From contig CAVYGB010000008.1 of assembly GCA_963767925.1 (NCBI GenBank), positions 480,001 through 544,000 on the forward strand: a stretch of 64,000 nt of DNA. Reading direction: 5' to 3'. Both the position numbers and the translations under genes were made by a program. This document shows, piece after piece, positions 57,529 to 64,000 of this stretch (its first letter is position 1; every line of letters starts with the position of its first letter). The notes beneath the pieces are model-generated. The model made no database searches. It was not told the origin of the DNA and saw only the letters and a program-made list of their open reading frames with translations. The DNA is from an uncultured delta proteobacterium. Its GTDB lineage: Bacteria > Myxococcota_A > Polyangia > Fen-1088.

Positions 57529-58523
57529 GCGAGCGCGATCGCGTCCTGGTTACCGGAGGAGCGGGCTACGTCGGATCGGCCCTGGTGCCGCGCCTGCTGC
57601 GGGAGGGTCATCCGGTCACGGTGCTCGACCGGTATTTCTACGGCGAGCAGGTGTTCGACGAGGTCCGCAGCGACCCCGGCCTGCGCGAGATAAAGGGGGA
57701 CCTGCGCGACCCCGAGGCGGTGCAGCGCGCGCTGGAGGGGGTGGGGTCGGTCATCCACCTGGCCTGCATCTCCAACGATCCCTCGTACGACCTCGATCCC
57801 GGCCTCGGCAAGTCGATCAACTACGACGCCTTCCGGCCGCTCGTGCGGGCGGCCAAACAGCAGGGCTGCCACCGCTTCATCTACGCCTCCTCCTCGAGCG
57901 TGTACGGCATCAAGGAGGAGCCCGAGGTGACCGAGGACCTCCCCCTCGAGCCGCTCACCGACTACTCGAGCTTCAAGGCGCTGTGCGAGACGGTGCTGGA
58001 GGAGGAGCGGGCCCCCGGCTTCGCCACCGTCATCCTGCGGCCCTCCACCGTGTGCGGCTACGCCCCCCGCCTGCGGCTCGACCTGGTGGTGAACATCCTC
58101 ACCAACCACGCCGTCCACCGCGGACAGATCCGGGTGCTCGGCGGCGCCCAGATGCGGCCCAACATCCACATCGACGACATGGTGGAGGCCTACCTCCGCC
58201 TGCTGAGCGTGCCGGCCGAGCAGATCGACGGGCAGACCTTCAACGTCGGAGGGGCCAACCACACCGTGCGGGAGCTGGCCGAGATCGTGCGCGAGACGCT
58301 CGACCGGCGCCTGCCGATCGAGGTGGTGCCGACCAACGACGAGCGGTCGTACCGGGTGTCGTCGGAGAAGATCCAGAAGGTCCTGGGTTTTCAGGCCCGC
58401 CGGACGGTGGCCGACGCGGTCCGGGACCTGAAGCAGGCCTTCGACGCCGGGCGGGTGCCGGGCCCGCTCGAGAACCCCCTCTACTTCAACATCAAGCGAA
58501 TGCAGGAGCTCCATGTCCGCTAG
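57525..58523 (+). CDS. NAD-dependent epimerase/dehydratase (extended SDR)
   Basis: VLVTGGAGYVGS, HLACISNDPS, YASSSSVYG, YSSFK and RLRLDLVVN. Confidence 0.93.
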   Translation: MSERDRVLVTGGAGYVGSALVPRLLREGHPVTVLDRYFYGEQVFDEVRSDPGLREIKGDLRDPEAVQRALEGVGSVIHLACISNDPSYDLDPGLGKSINYDAFRPLVRAAKQQGCHRFIYASSSSVYGIKEEPEVTEDLPLEPLTDYSSFKALCETVLEEERAPGFATVILRPSTVCGYAPRLRLDLVVNILTNHAVHRGQIRVLGGAQMRPNIHIDDMVEAYLRLLSVPAEQIDGQTFNVGGANHTVRELAEIVRETLDRRLPIEVVPTNDERSYRVSSEKIQKVLGFQARRTVADAVRDLKQAFDAGRVPGPLENPLYFNIKRMQELHVR

Positions 58524-60689
58524 CCGTCTCGAAGTGAAATGGTCCTGGCCCGCCGGCGCCGAGCGCGGCGAGCGCGGCGAGGGTCCCACCCCGGCGCCGG
58601 GGGCGGAGGCCCGCCTGGCCCTGTTCCGGTCGATGCTGCGCATCCGGCGCATCGAGGAGAAGATCGCCGAGCGTTACGCCGACAACGAGATGCGCTGTCC
58701 GGTGCACCTGTCGGTGGGGCAGGAGGCGGCGGCGGTGGGGGCCTGCGCGGCCCTGCGCACCGAGGACCAGATCGTCAGCACCCACCGCTGCCACGGCCAC
58801 TACCTGGCCAAGGGCGGCGATCTGACGGCGATGATCGCCGAGCTGCACGGCAAGGCCAACGGTTGCTGCGGCGGTCGGGGCGGCTCGATGCACCTGTTCG
58901 ACGTGCAGGCGGGGGTGTTGGCCAGCGTGCCGATCGTCGCCAGCTCGGTGCCGGTGGGGGTGGGCATCGCCCTGTCCTTCCAGCAGCGGCGCGAGGACCG
59001 GGTGTGCATGACCTTCCTCGGCGACGCCGCCATGGAAGAGGGCGTCTTCCACGAGGCGGCCAACTTCGCCGTCCTTGCACCGCCTGCCGGTTGTCTTCTT
59101 CGTCGAGAACAACCTCTATTCGGTCTACACCCGCCTCGATCAGCGGCAGCCGGCCCGCCCGCTGGCTCGCCTGGCCGAGGCCCACGGGTTGCCGGTGCGC
59201 AGCCTCGACGGCAACGACGTGCTGGCGGTGTACGAGGCGGCCCAGGAGGCGGTGGCCCGGGCCCGCAGCGGCGAGGGACCCTCGGCCATCGTGGCCGACA
59301 CCTACCGCTGGCGCGAGCACTGCGGCCCCAACTACGACGACGACCTCGGCTACCGCCCCGGCGGCGAGCTGGCGGCCTGGCAGGCCCGCTGCCCGGTCGA
59401 GCGCTTCCGCCAGAGCCTGCGCGAGGGCAACGTGCTGGAGGCTTCGATAGAGGCAGCGGTGGGGCGGGAGATCGACGAGGAGATCGAGGCGGCCTTCGCC
59501 GCGGTCGCCGCCGCGCCGTTCCCCGCGCCCGAGACCCTGACCGAGGGGGTGTGGCGCACCCCGCGGGCGGGGCTGGTCTCGGTGCAGCCCGAGCCCGAGC
59601 GGGCGGCGCCGGCCACCCGCGAGATCACGGCGGCGCAGGCCATCTGCGAGGCCACCGCCCAGGCCCTGCAGGCCGACCCGGCGGTGTTCGTGATGGGGGA
59701 GGGGGCCACCGACCCCAAGGGGATCTTCGGCACCACCGCCGGCCTGCGTCGAGCAGTTCGGGACCGGCCGCATCCTGGAGATGCCGGTGGCCGAGAACGG
59801 CTTCACCGGGGTGGCCATCGGCGCCGCCACCATGGGCCAGCGGCCCATCGTGATCCACCAGCGGGTCGAGTTCGCCCTGCTGGCCTTCGAGCAGCTCGCC
59901 AACAACGCGGCCAAGATGCACTACGTCTCGCGGGGCGCCCACGCCGTGCCCCTGGTGGTGCGCCTGGTGGTGGGCCGCGGCTGGGGCCAGGGCCCCGCCC
60001 ACTCCCAGAGCCTCGAGGCCCTGTGGAGCTACATCCCCGGGCTCAAGGTTGTCATGCCCGCGACCCCCGCCGACTGCAAGGGGCTGCTGCTGGGGGCCAT
60101 CGAGGACGACAACCCGGTGATCTTCATCGAGCACCGCTGGGTCCACTACGGCAAGGGGCAGGTCCCCGCCGAGGGGCGGGCCATGCCGCTCGACGGGCCC
60201 CGCCGGCTGCGGAAGGGCGACGCCGTGACCATCGTCGCGACGTCGTACATGACGCTCGAGGCGCTGCAGGCGGCCGAGGCCCTGGCCCGCCAGGGGGTGG
60301 AGGTCGATCTGATCGACCTGCGCGTCCTCAGCCCCCTGCGCGACGAGCTGATCGTCGAGTCGGTGGAGCGCACCGGCCGGCTGATCACGGTCGACACCGG
60401 CTTCCTCAACCTCGGCCTCGGCGCCGAGATCACCGCCCGGGTCAGCGAGAAGGCCTTCTCCCGGCTCAAGGCGCCGCCGATCCGCATTGGCCTGGCCAGC
60501 CACCCCACGCCCAGCTCGCGCACCCTGGCCGGGGCCTATTACCCCCGCTCGACCCAGATCGCCGAGGCGGCGGCCCGCCTGGTCGGCCTCGGCGCCTCCG
60601 AGATCAACCGCCTGGTCGGCCAGATGCAGGCCCTGCGAGACAGCCTCCCGCTCGACATCCCCCACCCGGCCTTCAAGGGGCCGTTCTGA
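58513..60689 (+). CDS. Fused TPP-dependent E1 alpha/beta (pyruvate dehydrogenase/transketolase-like), with apparent frameshifts near 59075 and 59746
   Basis: Alpha: [48 protein letters not shown]. It reads on without a stop into beta: VFVMGEG, MPVAEN, NNAAK, HSQSLE, FIEHR, DLRVLSP. Confidence 0.87.
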
Positions 60690-60696
60690 GGTCGCC

Positions 60697-61808
60697 ATGA
60701 AGGTTCGCTATTCCTATCTCCCGCAGCAGTTCGCCGAGATCGACGAGCTGCTCGCCCAGGTCAAGGCGCTCGTCCAGACCGGCGACTTCACCCTCGGCAA
60801 GGAGCTGGTCACCTTCGAGGAGCGGTTCGCCGCGCTGGTCGGCGCCCGCCACGCCATCGGGGTCGGCTCGGGCACCGACGCGATCAAGCTGTCCCTCAAG
60901 GCCCTCGGCGTCGGCCAGGGCGACGAGGTGATCACGGCGGCCAACACCTTCATCGCCACCGTGGGCGCCATCGCCGAGCTGGGCGCCCGCCCGGTCTTCG
61001 TCGACTGCTACCGACACCTTCTGCATGGACGTCGACAAGGTGGCCGCCGCCATCACCGGTCGGACCCGGGCCATCATGCCGGTGCACTTCACCGGCTACC
61101 TCACCGACATGCCTCGCCTGTGCGCGATCGCCGAGAAACACGGCCTGCCGGTGGTCGAGGACGCCTGCCAGGCCATCCTGGCGGGCGATCGACGGCCGCT
61201 GCGGCGGGACCTGGGGCCAGACCGGGGCCTTCTCCCTGCACCCGCTCAAGAACCTCAACGTGTGGGGCGACGGCGGGGTGATCGTCACCAGCGACGGGGA
61301 GGTGGCCGAGCGGCTGCGCCTGCTGCGCAACCACGGGATGCGCAACCGCGACGAGATCGCCATCCTCGGCTACAACTCGCGCCTCGACACCTTGCAGGCG
61401 GTGGTCGGCAACTGGCTCATCGGGCGCACCGAGGAGATGACCGCCAGTCGCATCGCCAACGCCCAGTACTACGACCGCCACTTCTCGGAGATCCGGGGCA
61501 TCAAGCTGCCGCCCCGCCCGGCCAACATGAGGTGCGTCTTCCACCTCTACGTGGTCATCGCCGAGGAGCGGGACGCGCTGCTGCAGCACTGCCAGGCCCG
61601 GGGCATCGAGTGCAAGGTCCACTACCCCATCCCGCTGTACCGGCAGGAGGCCCTCCGCCACCTGGGGCACAAGCGGGGGGACTTCCCGGTGGCCGACTTC
61701 CAGGCCGCCAGTTCGATCACCTTCCCCTGCGATCAGCACCTCGGCCGGGCCGAGCAGGACTTCGTGATCGCGACGGTGGCCGACTTCTACCGGGGCCGGC
61801 GGAGCTGA
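60697..61808 (+). CDS. DegT/DnrJ/EryC1/StrS PLP-dependent sugar aminotransferase 1, with apparent frameshifts near 61009 and 61184
   Basis: [52 protein letters not shown] and GYNSRLD, spread over three frames. Confidence 0.88.
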
Positions 61809-61809
61809 C

Positions 61810-62910
61810 GTGGCGACCGTCCCCTTCGTCGACCTGCGGGCCCAGTTCGAGGCGGAGGCCGAGGCCCTCCTGCCGAAGATCCGCGCCGTGCTCCAGTCCG
61901 GCCAGTGGATCGGGGGGGAGGTGGTGGAGGCCTTCGAGCGGGGCGTCGCCGCCCTGTGCGGGGTGGAGCACGCGGTGGCGCTCGCCTCCGGGACCGACGC
62001 CCTCATCCTGGCCCTGCGGGCGCTGAACATCGGCCCGGGCGACGAGGTGATCACCGCCCCCAACTCCTTCGTCTCGACCACCGCCGCCATCGTGCTGTGT
62101 GGGGCCCGGCCGGTGTTCGCCGACGTGGGGCCCGACCAGAACATCGACCCCCGGGAGGTCGAGCGGGCCATCACCAGCCGCACCCGGGCCATCTTGCCGG
62201 TGCACCTCACCGGGCGGGTGGCGCCCATGAAGGCCCTGCTCGAGATCGCCCGCCGGCGGGACCTGCGGGTGATCGAGGACGCCGCCCAGTCGGTAGGGTC
62301 CCGGCTCGACGGCCGGGCCGCCGGCTCCTTCGGGGACGTGGGCTGCTTCTCGGCCCACCCCCTCAAGAACCTCAACGCCGCCGGCGACGCTGGCTTCGTT
62401 GTGACCGCCGACAGCCAGCTCGCGGCGCGCATCGCCCGGCTGCGCAACAACGGACACGCCGACCGCAACACCGTGCTCGAGTGGGGCACCGTCTCGCGCC
62501 TGGATCCCATCCAGGCGGCGGTGCTGCTGCATCGGCTCGAGGCGCTGCCGGCGGTGATCGAGGCGCGCCGACGGAATGCGGCCCGCTACCGGGAGCTGCT
62601 CGATCCCGGCCTGGCCTTCTCCCCGCCCTGCCGGCCCGAGGAGTGGAACACCTTCCACACCTTCGTGGTGCAGGTCGACCGGCGCGACGAGCTGCAGGCC
62701 CACCTGCGGGCCCAGGGGATCGAGACCGCCATCCACTATCCGGTCCCCATCCACCTGCAGCCGGCCGCCCGGGAGCTCGGCTACCGCCGGGGCGACTTCC
62801 CGGTGGCCGAGACCCAGGCCGGCCGCATCCTCTCGCTGCCGGTCCATCCCTGGCTGAAGGAGGGCGACATCGCCCGGGTGGCCGAGACGATCCGAGGGTT
62901 CTATCGATGA
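61810..62910 (+). CDS. DegT/DnrJ/EryC1/StrS PLP-dependent sugar aminotransferase 2
   Basis: SGTDAL, PVHLTG, IEDAAQ, FSAHPLKNLNAAGDAG and IHYPVPIHLQPA. Confidence 0.93.
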   Translation: MATVPFVDLRAQFEAEAEALLPKIRAVLQSGQWIGGEVVEAFERGVAALCGVEHAVALASGTDALILALRALNIGPGDEVITAPNSFVSTTAAIVLCGARPVFADVGPDQNIDPREVERAITSRTRAILPVHLTGRVAPMKALLEIARRRDLRVIEDAAQSVGSRLDGRAAGSFGDVGCFSAHPLKNLNAAGDAGFVVTADSQLAARIARLRNNGHADRNTVLEWGTVSRLDPIQAAVLLHRLEALPAVIEARRRNAARYRELLDPGLAFSPPCRPEEWNTFHTFVVQVDRRDELQAHLRAQGIETAIHYPVPIHLQPAARELGYRRGDFPVAETQAGRILSLPVHPWLKEGDIARVAETIRGFYR

Positions 62911-64000
62911 TCGACACCGGCGCGGCGATCGAATACGACGGCCTCTATCAGCGGTACCTGCACTCGCTCGTCGACACCTTGCGGGGGTTCTCCTCGGGGA
63001 TCGAGGGGCTGGAGTTCTGGGTGCCGAACGAAGATCCCCAGGTCAGCCTGGCCCACATGCTGGACGCGGCGGCCAGCGAGGGCCGGCGCGAGCTGCGGGT
63101 GCGCTTCGGCCCGGAGTCCGCCCCGAAGATGAAGCCGCCGGCGGTCGACGCGCTGGCCGCGCAGTACGGCCGGTCCCGGGTCTGGGTCACCGCCGGCGCG
63201 CTCCTTGTCGAGGTGGAGGAGCTGCATGCCCGGGCGGTCGCCGCTCCCGAGGCGGGCGGTCAGGTCGCGCCGCGCGAGGTGCCGGCGCCGGATCCCGCCG
63301 CGCGGCCGGCGCCCGCCGCGCCGCCCAGGGTGGTGGCCCGGGGAGACTGCTACCGCCAGGCGCTCCGCGAGACCGCGGGCCCCCCGCAGCGGGAGGGCCT
63401 GGCGAGCGAACCCCCGGCCGCCGGCGGCGAGCCGGTCGAGGTCGAGGAGGACGGCTTGCGCCTGCAGCTTCACGTCGACCGGGCCAGCCACACCGTCCTG
63501 CAGGCGCGCTTCGCCGGCGCGGGCGACCCCGAGGCCCGGGCTCTGTTCGAGCGCTTCTGCGCGGTTGTCGAGGGGTTGCCCCTGCTCGAGGCCGCGCAAC
63601 ACGGGGTGATCCGGCTGGAGTTCCTGCTGCGCGACCGGACCCAGGGGCCACCGGTGCCTGGCATCGTCACGCCCGCCGCCGCCGACCCCCGGTTCGATCT
63701 GCCGCAGCGGCTGGTCCGGGCCGCCCTGACCGACTACCGGGCGCGCACCGGCTACGCCGAGACCGAAAACCGCTACGACCGGCCGCTGGCCGATCGCTGG
63801 CGCGCGGCGGCCACCCCCGAGCGGCTGCAGCAGCTCCGGGAGGTCCTCGATCGCCTGGCCCGGGCCCAGGGCTGGGCGCCCGAGCAGGTGGAGGTCGCCG
63901 CCATCGAGCACCAGGTGCGGGTGGTGATGGTGCTGGACCCGGCGCTGTCCCGGGTGGCCCAGGGGCGGGCGCTGCTCATCTTCGAGCGGGCCATCCAGGA
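62907..64000 (+). CDS. Hypothetical protein, runs off the window end
   Basis: ATGA overlap with the DegT2 stop. The frame MIDTGAAIEYDGLYQRYLHSLVDTLRGF..LEFWVPNEDP.. appears open to 64000. Confidence 0.7.
   Translation, partial: MIDTGAAIEYDGLYQRYLHSLVDTLRGFSSGIEGLEFWVPNEDPQVSLAHMLDAAASEGRRELRVRFGPESAPKMKPPAVDALAAQYGRSRVWVTAGALLVEVEELHARAVAAPEAGGQVAPREVPAPDPAARPAPAAPPRVVARGDCYRQALRETAGPPQREGLASEPPAAGGEPVEVEEDGLRLQLHVDRASHTVLQARFAGAGDPEARALFERFCAVVEGLPLLEAAQHGVIRLEFLLRDRTQGPPVPGIVTPAAADPRFDLPQRLVRAALTDYRARTGYAETENRYDRPLADRWRAAATPERLQQLREVLDRLARAQGWAPEQVEVAAIEHQVRVVMVLDPALSRVAQGRALLIFERAIQ

Overview
High-GC bacterial DNA, probably from a Myxococcota-like organism (inferred from Cys-rich lipoproteins, a TonB-C-fused receptor, Ser/Thr kinases and an FHA protein). 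The left arm (1-19 kb) holds treS and malQ-like alpha-glucan genes, a solitary GmrSD/DUF262 gene with a degenerate HNH motif, an Acidobacteria-style PadR + duplicated orphan permease pair, a TonB-receptor/lipoprotein operon and two divergent Ser/Thr kinases. The rest (19-64 kb) reads as one flagellar super-locus. It has an FHA protein and a sigma54 activator, an unknown secreted protein, and flgB-flgC-fliE-fliF-fliG-fliH-fliI-(motE-like)-fliK-flgD-flgE-flbD-motA-motB with no fliJ. A signalling block follows, with HDOD proteins and two FlhG/FleN paralogs. It ends with a putative flagellin-glycosylation island: two large Maf-like/CgeB glycosyltransferases, a GT4-like protein, a B12 radical SAM, a phage-type J-domain protein, NDP-heptose enzymes, a fused TPP E1 alpha/beta and two DegT aminotransferases. 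The intergenic DNA shows a two-tier promoter pattern. Exact sigma54 -24/-12 sites precede the unknown gene, flgB and the sugar operon. A sigma28-like TCAA-N15/16-(G)NCGA motif precedes eight signalling genes, including the sigma54 activator itself. Seven apparent single-base frameshifts in four genes are most likely sequencing or assembly errors. All calls come from motif recognition by eye; no database searches were run.
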